DNA of 63,491 nt, the filler included, from Lenisia limosa (taxonomy: Eukaryota > Protista > Breviatea): NCBI GenBank assembly GCA_001655205.1. It is 13 parts of 13 records of this genome, joined end to end, with 100 filler letters (N's around TTAATTAATTAA, not from the genome) between each part and the next. Parts side by side here need not be neighbours in the genome. Positions count along the whole stretch, not along the records: positions 1 to 10,501 come from LPNZ01008985.1; positions 10,602 to 26,124 come from LPNZ01008089.1; 11 more parts are not named here. One strand, 5' to 3'. Position 1 is the stretch's first letter; every line of letters starts with the position of its first letter. The position numbers were made by a program, and so were the translations under genes. Under the pieces are notes generated by a model that did not search any database, was not told the origin of the DNA, and was given only the letters and a program-made list of their open reading frames with translations. Shown here in pieces: positions 1-12,209 of the stretch.

Positions 1-112
1 CCGCATCCCATCACTCGAGCGTGGGGGTACAATACATTTCTTAAAGTAATCAACCATACCTCCCTTCTCAGCCCATTTAAATGTTCGTGAAGAAAGACCC
101 TCTGGGAAGTAA

Positions 113-3100
113 TCAATGCACGAGAAGTAAAACATTGGGATACCAGCACCCTATCGAAACTGTTTGCGTACCGATCTCGACCGCCTCGTCGTAACATTCG
201 GTGACGTCACCGTTTTCATCCGTCACCACAANNNNNNNNNNNNNNNNNNNNNNNNNNNNNNNNNNNNNNNNNNNNNNNNNNNNNNNNNNNNNNNNNNNNN
301 NNNNNNNNNNNNNNNNNNNNNNNNNNNNNNNNNNNNNNNNNNNNNNGAAATGCGTTATTATCCAATTGTCTATTTGTTTGGGTTCATTTGAGCGCAATAT
401 CTCCTACTAGCGTCTATTCAATCATTTGGAATCCTGCACAAAAAACAAATGCAATGAGAAATACAAAATTGTTATCTGGCCGAAGCCGTCCACACCATCA
501 GACTTAAAAGAGATATTGGATTATAGTATAAGTATNNNNNNNNNNNNNNNNNNNNNNNNNNNNNNNNNNNNNNNNNNNNNNNNNNNNNNNNNNNNNNNNN
601 NNNNNNNNNNNNNNNNNNNNNNNNNNNNNNNNNNNNNNNNNNNNNNNNNNNNNNNNNNNNNNNNNNNNNNNNNNNNNNNNNNNNNNNNNNNNAAGGTTTT
701 TTTTTCTTTGTTTCCCTTCATAAACAAATAATATATTATATATTTCAGAAATATATTACAGTTTTGAAGGGGAAGAGCTGATTTGGCGACCGTAAATAAT
801 GAACGACATAAATTCGAATCAACGACATAATTTTGGACCTTGAGCAGATGAATGTACCCAATCATTTGCTTTACAACAGCTTTCTGTGTGGCTCAATCCT
901 AATAATAATGCTTATTTCGGAAATGAGGATCCTAATAATAATGCTTATTTCGGAGCCAAGCCATTTGCCTACAATGGGGTGTTGACGGCGTCATCGTAGG
1001 TCCAGGGCCCGACAGAGGGGCATGCCATATCAGGGAATTTGGTGAAGAACACTGAGCCTAATGGAATAAGAAAGGATTTGTGGCCAACATATTATAAAAC
1101 TCTGGCTAATAAATCACACTATCATGGTTGCTGGGGTTGATGAGCAGGCACACAAAAAGCTATGTGCACAGAGTTGTAAGGCAAATGATTGGGTGAATAA
1201 ATTTGATGTACCATAATTCAATATCTCTTGTAAGCGTAATGTTGTGTGGAAGGCTTCGTCTAGATACAAACTTGTTCAATCATAGTTTCACCCCCCCCCC
1301 CAACTGGTGTCAGTCCCAACAGGCGGTACAGCGATTTTGGCAGCTGAAAACGAGGGGTTGTAGAGGGTGACCTTCAGAAGTAAGGAGCAAGATAGCATGA
1401 GGAGTGAGCAGAAATTGTTGTGGGTGTCAACTAGGAAGAAGAAGAACCAAGAACAAAAGGAAGTTTTCAACCCAGCACTTACGAAGTTATTGACATAATC
1501 TCCGTCAACAGGTCTATCACTTTGGGCCATGACTAACAGGGTCGGATTTGCAAGGAGCATTGTACTGTTGGTCGGTGGCTTGGTTTGTGAGGAATAATAA
1601 CCGACGGCAGAACACACAGCATAATTGTCATAATTGTCATCGCTGCACAGCATAGTCATCATCATGGCCGCAATGAAGAGTAATAGTTGTAATATTGCAA
1701 CACAATATCTTATGATGCATCTATTCATGCATACCACAAAATCGAAGATGTAATCAGCATCCAGAAGGTTGTTTTTGGTCACCAGGAATGAAGCCTCGCA
1801 TTGAATTTCTGATAATGAGAGGAAATAAATACAATATAACTGCTTCTTTCATCAAGCAAATAACAAATGTCAACTACTTTTTGGTATTGTACGTGCAAAC
1901 TTGTATTAATGGGGCAGTTGCAGCTTGCTGTTTTGAGCATTGTGTAGGGCGAGCCTCGAAGACGGATTCTCATTTCCACCTAACGTCATGAGATGGGGGT
2001 ACGGCTATTGCACCACAACAAGACTGAAGCAACTACTTCTCACCAATTACCAGAACCCCCAGTATGAATAGTAGCAAAAATGTAGCCATGTGAAAAAATC
2101 ACGGCCTCCATCACAACCAATTTTGTTTGAATAGATGATGATATATACTCGTACAAAAAATGTCATCAAATCATTTAACAGGCACGTAAATTAAGAAATA
2201 CTCCCTGACTGAGAGAAGCCCTGACTCTTTCCATTGAGAAACCTTGGTAATCTTGGAGAAAGGATATCACATGCCCCATTGCCAACCGGTCCAATACTGC
2301 CTCCAACAGGCCATGGTGCGGGGGGATCCAGCGAACTGCTGCCTACAAAATGAGAGAAAACATAGAAACAAAAATCATCGGAGTGAATATTTCCATTTAT
2401 CATATTATATATCCCGGAGGGAGGGAAATCTCACCAGTCTCAGGCATGGAAAGGATGGTGAATTCGGCACGGAAGAGAACAAAAGTGTCGTCAGAGGTGG
2501 CACTGGCGTTGGGCGCAAAGGTTTCAGCAAGGGTCTATATGGTGACGTCATGACCAGCCATAATTAATTCGGTTTAGACAAATTGGGTGAATTGTCGCCT
2601 CTTTTAGCTCTAAGTGGACTCATAATACCCCATGATATTCGAGGGGATATTTTTCGTGAAATGAGAGTAATTTTGAAAAAAGTTATTGATTATCAAACAA
2701 CTAAAACCTATTGAACTCTGATTTACCTTGAGGTTGAAGGCGGGTGTTCCAACATAAGCAGTGTTTAAATCACCAGCGGAGGTGCTTTGGGTAACCTAGA
2801 CAATAATGAATAATGGATACGGGAAGACATCATCCTATCATCATGATAAATATTAAGAAGTGAGCATAATGATTGGAATAAAGAGCATACCAGAAGACTG
2901 TTGCTATCGAGGTCCTCTGTCACTCCAATCTAAATTATGAGACAAGATGGGAATTGTAGGGCGTCAGTGACAAAATACACGGCAATGTGCCAGTTCTGAG
3001 GACATATGAGATTCTCTGCTTGTCTAAGGCTTTTCAATTATGTGTAACGTAAAATCTTTGCAAAAGAATGAAAGCTCTTTAACAGGATAACAAACCGCTC

Positions 3101-6100
3101 CCTTCAGTAAAAAAGCCGTCACCACAAACATTAGCACTGGGCCATGAGGCCCATCCGGAAGAGGAGTTGCCATTTATAATCTGATTGACAAATGGCGAAT
3201 CTGAACACGTCAGCTGACTTAGGGTCATCGTTGCCCCCCCCCCCACCCCCTCTATATACTATATGTATTACATACATTATATTGTACATTTGAAGTTGCC
3301 TTCTGACCTACCCTTCCTAGCCAAAAAGTATATGATATATATAATATGCATATTATATATACTATATGATGATGACCCTTATCTGATTGTATCCGCCCAA
3401 TGAGAAACAAAAAAGCTTCGGCTACAATTGTCATCGAAACATCTTTGTCTTTATGACCCCCTCACAGTCACCCTCTTCGAAAAATAGGAGTTGAACATCA
3501 GCATCTTCGTCCAAAAATGTAAAATCAGAAAGGCCAAGTTTCTTGCTGATTGGTGAGACACAATTTGTGTGATATGGCCTCTGCCCTCTTCTTATCTGAT
3601 GCAACTTTAAAACCGAGTGAAATGACTCCAATGAATTAACACTTCATAATAGTCTATAGTATCTAGGCTATTTTGAAAGCCTCCATAAACCAGCTGAACC
3701 TCATATCACTTGTCAAAATACTGTAGCTTGCTCCCAGCTCTTGGATGAATGAGTTACCTAAGATATTAAGAGATAATAGGACTTCATGTTATGCTGTTGA
3801 AATGTGAAATAAAATGCATCAGCCCATCACATTTATTAAATATTGCTAATATTACAACTAGGGCTTCCCTACGGTCCGAAAAAGGCTACTTAAATATCAA
3901 TATTTATCGAGAGATTCGGTCTTTTTTGGGACCGTAGGGAAGCCCTAATTACAAGTATTACGTACATGATAGGAACGGAATTATTCCACACAGTTTAGTC
4001 ACCACCAGGCAGGCAGTGTCATATTTATGTGTTTACAAGCGTCAAACTTCGAACCTTCCATTTTGCTGAATGGCAAACCCTCTCCTTCGCTCCAAGTTCT
4101 AAAACTGGAATACGAAAATGGCTAAACAGTAAGAGCAACAAAGAACTCACATTATTTTGCAAAATGAATTTGTTCCTCAGAAATTCAATTCCTAGGAAGT
4201 CATTCGATGAAAGTGGAACAATATAATTACTACTGTTGTAACGTTCAAAAGGGACAGATCATACCGCTCAGTGCGGATGGGTAGGGGTCAAGTTTATAGT
4301 CTCTATCAAGGATGCTACAAGGGTTACTGTGGTAACAAAAACATAATGGAGAAATCAAAATTCTAAGAAAAAGGAAAACACCCCACACTACACACCCCAC
4401 GTACATTGCACCATAATTGCCACCAATGAAAACGTTATCCCAAATCTATAGCATTATTACAGCTGTTGGGTTTCATATCGTAAACCAAGATCAAAAGCAG
4501 ATGACTGACCTTTGAGTATCTTGCTGTGTTGATTTGAAGAGAAAACTTCGTGATGCCTTTGACGAAGTTGTTGGACACTAGATATGGTTAGACTGCTGAT
4601 AAAAGTAGCACTAAATTCAGATAAAACGGAACACGATTCACTCCCAATAGCAGCCTTAGTGCTGCGCCTACCTTCCATGTTTCGAGAGTTATCATCCAAA
4701 TAAATGCCTACTGCCGCAGGATCTGAGAAGTAAAAGGCTAGAGTGTGGTGTAATAATCATCTCCTTTTTATAATCTACACAAAAAGCAAATGACCAGCAA
4801 TGGTAATAACAAGAACACTAGCCTTGATCTATTATGGAAGAAAAGGCTGATTAAAATACCAACAGCTGGGTGTGTAGTACAGAGTTACATCATTGCCGCG
4901 GGATTCAACAACCATGTTGTTCTTCACAGTGCTGTTCTGTGACCTGAAAGGGAGAGGGGAATGATAACAGAAACAAAAGGGGAAGAAATATTAGTGATAC
5001 GCCTAAATTCCCAATTTCATTCACCCCCCCCCCCCCNNNNNNNNNNNNNNNNNNNNNNNNNNNNNNNNNNNNNNNNNNNNNNNNNNNNNNNNNNNNNNNN
5101 NNNNNNNNNNNNNNNNNNNNNNAGAGTCATCATTGTGTCAGTAATGAGGTTCGAGTCCAGCATGTGACCATATCCATCGAAACGAATGCCTGGACCTGTT
5201 ACTGCCTTTTGGAGCTATTTCGTCATGATGGAGGGAAAACACCCACCTCATCCATATATTATGCAATTGTGATTGTAGTTCAATCATAATAAAACAATAC
5301 ATATTGAATTGCTGTCGCATAGCTTCCCTTAAACTAATAATAAGTTGTTGGTAAGGTCCTTTTAGAAGCATTATTCGAATCATGGAAAAGAGGGGTAATT
5401 CAAAAAACATGGAATATGAATCTTCAATTCCGGGTTAGTTCAGCATATTGGCAACAAATTCCTACCAATATACCCAGTGCGGTGCACTCTATTGCCTGAG
5501 ACGACGTCATTTCTACAGCTGCCGGAGACAACAATGGCAATAAGGTCATTGACACCGCCACGACCCCATCCGTTTACCAATCTGCCCAATGTCAGAAAAG
5601 ATAATATGTGTTTGAGAGCATAGTATATCACTGAGTTACAATGACTCCAAAAACATACCCAATGTCATGGAAATGATTGTTGCGAATAGTCGACCTGCAA
5701 GGGTGATAGGACATGGGTCTCAAAAAACAGGATTCATTTCAACAATAAGATATTTCTTTTACAAATCCTCAAAAAAAACAAGCACTCCATATCATACCAT
5801 AGATGTACTCCCATACAAAATTACCACTTACACATATAAAGCGTTTGCGGTAATGCCAATAGGGGAAAAACGGAACTCACTGTCTTCGATCACGTTATTG
5901 TCTGGAATTAGCATAAGAGTGTTCTATCTGAGAAGAAAAGAAATAAATTAAGGTACCTTGCCGGATCAGTTAACATAATCACGTAAACATTGACAAAACA
6001 TGATAAAAAAGAACGTAAATCTCAAAGCCCCCCCCCCACTTCCGCTGAAGCCGACACACTGAACACCGCAGTGCTTGGCAGATATGCTGCTGATGATAGA

Positions 6101-8547
6101 ATCATGCAGGGTGGACGTGGTGATGCAATCATTGCTCTAAAGTGGTTAGATAATCATAAGTAGGACTGAAAGGTAGGTGATGAACTGCTTTACCACTAAC
6201 GCCATCATTCAAGCTAATGTGATTTTGTGGGATATTAAATTTGGGTGAAAAGACGTCAAAGCAAAATTCATCCCATTCAAAACCCGCCAAACAAATTTCT
6301 CAAACGCTATATCAGAAACCTTGACATTGGAAGAACCGGATGCAAATCTGAAGCAATCAAAATTGTCCATGAAAATAAGTGAAAAAAAGTCAATAGAATA
6401 TATTTTTCAGAAAGTTTCTTACGTCCAAAGCCCACAAACACTAAACCATTTGTCTCCACAACAACTTCAACGGATGAAGTGGTTGAGCCTACAAGATAAA
6501 TTCAAGCGAAACTGGTCCAAAGCAATCCCAACGTAATTTGTTGGAGGGTAATTAACTTTAAATAGAATAGGATTTCTGTTCTTTCAAATCTGAAAATCCC
6601 AATGAAATCAGAGTTTCATAGTAGAGATTATGTGTTATTTTAATCACAATCCACCAATACAGACCTGTAGGCGGTTTCCAGTACAGAGCTGAACCGTCAA
6701 TGTCCCATTCGTTGTCTGCGTCAAGCTCATTCAACTATGTCGTGAGGGCATAACGTAGCAAAATGAAGCCTTGAGAAGTAATTCAGCACGTGCAGAGATA
6801 CATCATGAATTGAAGCCTTGAGAAGTATTTCAGCACGTGCTGAGATACATAATGAATTGAAGCCTTGAGTAGAGCCTACCACGCCAGTGAGGAAGTAGCC
6901 AGCGCCGGCCTTGGGAACGTAGGAAAGTTTTGTCTCGAAGCGAATTGTGTCGTTGGAGGTGGAGTCCGTAATCCCGGTGCGGGCCTGAGAACGTAAATGC
7001 AAAAAATTCGCTAATGAAACACAAGTTAAATCATATATATACCAATGAGAAATGAAAAATAAGGTTGTATATGGCCGAAGCCGTCCACACCAAGTTAAAT
7101 CATAGTAGCCTTGCTCCTTCCTTAACACAAGGAGCAAGGCGAGTTGGATTACATTGATAAGTGGAGCTCACAGTTGCAGATGTCACCGCAGATCGGGCCT
7201 CATAGACCCACTGAATGGACCGAATGTGCGCCGTGGCCCCGACAAAGTAGTCTGTAGTCTCCTTGGTTGTCATGCAAGATGGGAATTGGAGATAAACGAT
7301 TGAAAGAAGCACTGGTCTCTGCATTAGCGTGACAGCTCACATTCAACTCGACAATTCTGTCGCTCAATGCACTAGACGAGAAGCCGTAAGAGTGTTCGTC
7401 ATCGGCAGTCAGAGACGCGCCAACTCGAAGGTAGCCAGATGAAGGGAATCTACTACGGATCTGAATGATCAGATGGCAATCCTGGTAAAGGATGTAAGGG
7501 GGGGGGGGGGCAANNNNNNNNNNNNNNNNNNNNNNNNNNNNNNNNNNNNNNNNNNNNNNNNNNNNNNNNNNNNNNNNNNNNNNNNNNNNNNNNNNNNNNN
7601 AAGAAAAAGCCCTGTGTAACACTCTTACATTACACATCAATAAAATAAAGAAGAATATTACACTTGTCTTATCAAAGATATCAAGAGAATAGAGTGCCAT
7701 ACCTGTCGCTCATTATCAGCGTACATATCCTTAATTTCAGGAAGCCTGAAAGGTAAAAAACCAAGGTTCATTTATGAATGTTATCCAATATTCCTCCTAT
7801 TATATGTTATAAAACAGCCACAGCTGGTGAGTCCTCTCGTCTATCAATAACATGCCAACAACCCACGATGACACGTCGGCCTGGAGAACACCTCGAGTGG
7901 CCCATTGGCCAGAGGAGGAAGACAAGGACACCTCAACTGCCCCTGAAGTAATCAGAAAATGCTGAGGGGGGGGGGCTGATTTACATGAAAGATACATCAG
8001 AAGTGCGATAGATACAAAGAAGGACCCTATACTTACCCGAAACGATGGGGTCAGCCCCAGTGCCGTACGCGCCAAGTTCAAAACCGTCCAAAACTGCAAA
8101 AGGTAAGCAGTCAATGACACGGAGAAGCTATACGAAGATGCAGGCATCATCATTACACATCATGCATGCATACCACCCATGTCATTATTTTCATAACACT
8201 TCACTTCTCTGAAGCCTTATCCCCATACCTTTAGAAAAGCTCAAGATTCCTCTGTGAACCTCATTTCGACAAAGAAGCAGCCCGGTTCCATTGACCTCCT
8301 ACACCATCAACTTGGGTGGATCGTTCCACATCCTTGCATGAAATGAGACAAAGATTGGAGATGAGTGCCTTCAGTCCCCAAAATACTGGATTGCTGATGG
8401 TTACCCAGCATAAACAGTATCAACGGAGTGCAAAAGGAACCATCACCTAATTGCCTACTGAGACAGACACGGCATGCCCCAGAGTTTGGAATGGATCGGT
8501 ACTGCTGCCTGTGTGACTGTCGTTGCCGCTAGGGCAGACATGGTACC
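113..8547 (-). CDS. Multi-exon right-handed parallel beta-helix (pectin-lyase fold) protein of bacterial type, with long C-terminal extension
   Basis: Stitched GT-AG exons read YHVCPSGNDSHTGSSTDPFQTLGHA / LLLCRNEVHRGILSFSK / VLDGFELGAYGTGADPIVSG / IRSRFPSSGYL / DYFVGATAHIRSIQWVYE / AGAGYFLTGV / LNELDADNEWDIDGSALYWKPP / STIRNNHFHDIG / GIRFDGYG / AVGIYLDDNSRN. This motif order is one I recognise from bacterial beta-helix repeat proteins. That exons below ~3.9 kb belong to the same gene is inferred. Confidence 0.7.
3859..3947. mobile_element. hAT-type MITE (family A, CTTCCCTACGGTCCG subtype)
   Basis: TIR TAGGGCTTCCCTACGGTCC / GGACCGTAGGGAAGCCCTA; 8-bp TSD ATTACAAC/ATTACAAG. Confidence 0.85.
7036..7090 (-). 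mobile_element. Family B SINE-like element, 5'-truncated, with 14-bp TSD
   Basis: CAAGTTAAATCATA at 7022-7035 and 7091-7104 flanks the B core. Confidence 0.8.
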
Positions 8548-9562
8548 TGTCAGGGTTGTCAAAGGTCAAAGGTTGTGTTACTCCCCCCACCGCCACCACC
8601 ATAATCCATAATGACCCTGTGTATCAAAGTATTATATATCATATATATATCATACTAAATATAGCAATGAGAAATAAAAAATAAGGTTGTATCTGGCCGA
8701 AGCTGTCATCAGAAACCTTATTAAAAAGTAACCATCAACTCAAGCTAGAATGTTAGCACTCATTGTCTCTGCAAACATATCGTATGTTAGATAGCAGCCT
8801 TGTTAAAAAACCTACTCCCTTTCCACCCCCCCCCCCCCNNNNNNNNNNNNNNNNNNNNNNNNNNNNNNNNNNNNNNNNNNNNNNNNNNNNNNNNNNNNNN
8901 NNNNNNNNNNNNNNNNNNNNNNNNNACGAGCCTTGTCAGACCCATGATGATGGACCTGTATGTGTCATCACATTTCAACACCACTCCCCTTGTCTGCCAA
9001 TTGCACAAACAGCCATCATTGCATGAACTGACACAACAATTTCTAAGCAATGCACACAGAATTGTCACAGGATGAAGATGAAGAGCAGAACTCGCAATCA
9101 TCCCCATAACACACCCACACCTGTCACGGCTTCAGTTTGCCTTCTTCCTGAGCTTGTGTTTGCTGCTGGTTGCACGTAGTATATATCGATCGATATCCAA
9201 TGTTTCAAGAATTGCGTTTTTTTTGTTTTTTTTTTGTGAGGACAAAAACAACTGCGGCACAAATTCAACCGCCTCCGACATTCCGACCGACATCCGAAAA
9301 TACAGATTTCCATTACTCGCGCGTTTTCGTTTTGTTTGACAGGTAATTCACAAAAGAAACAATTCCAGTGATGATGCTTACAAGCTAAAGTTTTTAGGTT
9401 GTTGAAAGCTTATTTGTAAGTTTCTAATAGATGATGTTAAGATAGCTCGTCAATCTTCAACATGATTAGGGATAGCATTTCAACTTGTCATGTGAACATG
9501 ATTAGATTAGGGATAGCAATTCGATGACACACTCTAAAAATACATTGACGAAACAAGAAACT

Positions 9563-10280
9563 ACCATGCTGGTTGGCCGTATGCGAATTGGTCGGCCTGG
9601 GGCTGCTGCATCATATTCACATTGAGCTGCAGGGTCAATATAGTGCCAGCGTTGAATATGCGACAAACAAAAAAGAAAACGACAAGTAATCATTTGTAGG
9701 ATGCTAAATTATAAATGTCAATATTCCGAAGCAACACTTAGTATATTATCATCACATGGGGAATTCTGTTTCAATTTCGGCCTATGGGCGGCAACAGATC
9801 ATAATGGTATTCTACTGTTGAAGTTGATTAGTTCCTAGACCTGCAGCAAATAGAGCTTCACTTCGGTTCGAAAAAAACTGATTCAATATTTATCGAAGAT
9901 TTATTTGCAAAATTTAGTCTTTTTTGAACCGAAGTGAAGCCCAAGCAGCAAACCTGTGTGGGGTCGAAAGAGGGGTATGGGGCGGAAGGGTCCTGGAAGA
10001 ACTGCTGCTGTTGCTGTTGTTGCTGTTGCATGTACTCCGGTCCAACTGGAGCCTAATTAGCTGCTGAATCAACGTAGCGAGATGCTAACAATATAGTCCT
10101 TTAAGATAACTGTTGAAGCTTTATGCAGGACTTACCAGAAGGGTTAGCGCTCTCATAAGACTTGGGGGCCTGGGAAGTCAGTATTATGGATACATACAAA
10201 AAGAAATAGGGAAGAAGACACAAGAAAGCTCCACTAACATTTGGGAAGTTGGCATTGCTGGATGGGAAGACATTGTACGA
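9563..10280 (-). CDS. 3' exons of a Gln/Pro-rich protein
   Basis: Exons SYNVFPSSNANFPN / APKSYESANPS / APVGPEYMQQQQQQQQFFQDPSAPYPSFDPTQ / LNVNMMQQPQADQFAYGQPAW*, with canonical splice sites. Confidence 0.5.
9851..9944. mobile_element. hAT-type MITE (family A, CTTCACTTCGGTTCG subtype)
   Basis: TIR GCTTCACTTCGGTTC / GAACCGAAGTGAAGC; perfect 8-bp TSD GCAGCAAA. Confidence 0.88.
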
Positions 10281-10501
10281 CTGGAGGTTAGGAACACAAC
10301 AATCGCAAACAATACCATCACATTTCCATAAATCATATTATCAAAAATCATATCAACTATATATTCCATAAATCATCTCATCATATCACTGACCAAAAGG
10401 GGAACATTTCTTTGAAAATAAACACCAGAACTTTGCGAGGAATTATTGAAAAGTCCACATTGGCATCGAACTGCCCAACTTACAACGGTGTTTTCGGGAG
10501 G

Positions 10502-10601
10502 NNNNNNNNNNNNNNNNNNNNNNNNNNNNNNNNNNNNNNNNNNNNTTAATTAATTAANNNNNNNNNNNNNNNNNNNNNNNNNNNNNNNNNNNNNNNNNNN
10601 N
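10502..10601. other. Artificial scaffold linker (first of 12)
   Basis: N44-TTAATTAATTAA-N44. Also at about 26125, 30970, 34022, 36578, 41940, 45213, 49231, 51368, 52612, 55391 and 61913. Confidence 0.95.
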
Positions 10602-10924
10602 CCCCATAAAGCCGTCATATATTTGTTATGTACATGTATATATTTGGCTCCCCCACCCATCATACCCCCATACTCCATTTATCAAAGTGGTCAAAATTTA
10701 CAATAAATACTTGTTTTAAAAACAAACAAACACAAGTATCCAACTAAGTGGCTTCCTCCTATTAATCCACCAGAAGAGGATATTTTATCAAATCTTGGAT
10801 TTCAGCACGACTCATTCAAGGCCAATTTCCCTATCACACTTCTATTTACCAACAAAAGGAATAATTTTAAAAGACTGGCATTTTTTAGCAAATACTTCAA
10901 AATTGTACAAATACAATGATTGTC

Positions 10925-11042
10925 AAACCTAAGTTCCGAATTGGGCCAGGACCTTTCTTATCACCGTCTTCGGGGCCGGCATCATTACCGTCTTTGGGGT
11001 CGTCATCGTCACCGTTGCTTGAATTGGAACTGCGGGCTGGTA
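10925..11042 (-). CDS. Isolated acidic exon of an unknown gene
   Basis: cag|...SSNSSNGDDDDPKDGNDAGPEDGDKKGPGPIRNL|gt; GC-rich against an AT-rich background. Confidence 0.4.
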
Positions 11043-11337
11043 AATTAGAAAATTCAAAAATAAATCAAAGGAACCGGGTGTTATCGATAGCATTATTATT
11101 TTCAAATACATTATTATAATCTATAGTGCTTGCTACAGTTCATCACAACACACACATAAATACATGTATTATACAATTACTATAGTAGACATAGTAGTAT
11201 ATATTATTCAGTTTTCTATTACATTGTAGCTATATCAAGAATATATACAATCGATATAGACATATGATATACTACATGCTATATAGTATATTATACTATA
11301 TCATGCATATAATTAATATCATATAATATAGTTTTAG

Positions 11338-11820
11338 TCAAAGCTCCGGACATCATTCAAAATCTCCGGACACATAAAAACTCCCAGACAGCTTGAATTT
11401 TTCCTATGAAAGTACTATAAACTTCATTTTCTTGTTTTTTTCGAAAGTAATTTCAGTCATAATCACCGGATAGAATGCGATTTTTACATATTCTTGGCTC
11501 AAACCCAAATTAAGTCACTTGGCTACCCGTTTGCGGCCCTTAAACTGCCGCAAACAACCAAACCATTATAATTGGCCACATTCAAGGAATAAATGGCAAC
11601 TATCCGAAAAGTTTGACCTTGTAGAAAGCACTATTTTGAACATTTTTCTCTCAAAATTCACCTACATAGCCAAAGCAAGGGGGAATCCATAACCAATTAC
11701 TCCGAGTGGTACCAATTTTTGTTTCTTAACACTAAAAGAGGGATAGATTTAGAAAAAAATCCCGTGAAAAGGCAAAAGGGGCCACCCCCGGTGAATTTTG
11801 AATGCTGTCCGGAGCTTTGA
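11338..11820. mobile_element. Non-autonomous TIR DNA element (family E), ~480 bp
   Basis: Left end TCAAAGCTCCGGACATCATTCAAAATCTCCGG is the near-perfect reverse complement of the right end CCGGTGAATTTTGAATGCTGTCCGGAGCTTTGA; repeated CCGGAC subterminal motifs. Confidence 0.8.
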
Positions 11821-12209
11821 GGACCCACATAGTATATGATATCATCTGTATCTGACGACACCCTTTATTTGTGGAAGGACTGCATAGGAGTCGACAGGTC
11901 TACTTTGTCTGAAGACTGTTCAAGGATGAGGTCCGTTTTTAGGTATCTGTCACACTTCCCATAGGCAGAGAAACGAAGTCCTATAGAGGGTAAAGCCTAT
12001 AATATAAATAATTATTGATATTATAAAATATCATACTATTCAATATTGTAGTATATGACATAATATAAACTATATGTCATATATACATAGTAAATATATA
12101 CTACTAGTATATGATATGATATGATAGAGTACATTGTTTTCTTTTGAATAGGATCCCAGAAATCCACTTATGATATGATAAGAAATGGAAAAGGTTTGAT
12201 AGTACACGC

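Noticed and set aside
7036-7090. Family B as a classical introner creating new introns
   Set aside because: Most copies sit inside existing introns, lack a terminal AG and are 5'-truncated with long TSDs. Only one copy may supply a donor.
8225-8460. Apparent frameshifts or stops making the beta-helix gene a pseudogene
   Set aside because: Resolved by an intron; the exon gtgtag|GAGGTC...AAAG|gtatgg joins in frame to the next exon.
10546-10557. Recurrent palindrome TTAATTAATTAA
   Set aside because: Always centred in a 100-bp N block and encodes stops in all frames. It is an assembly linker, so adjacency across it has no biological meaning.
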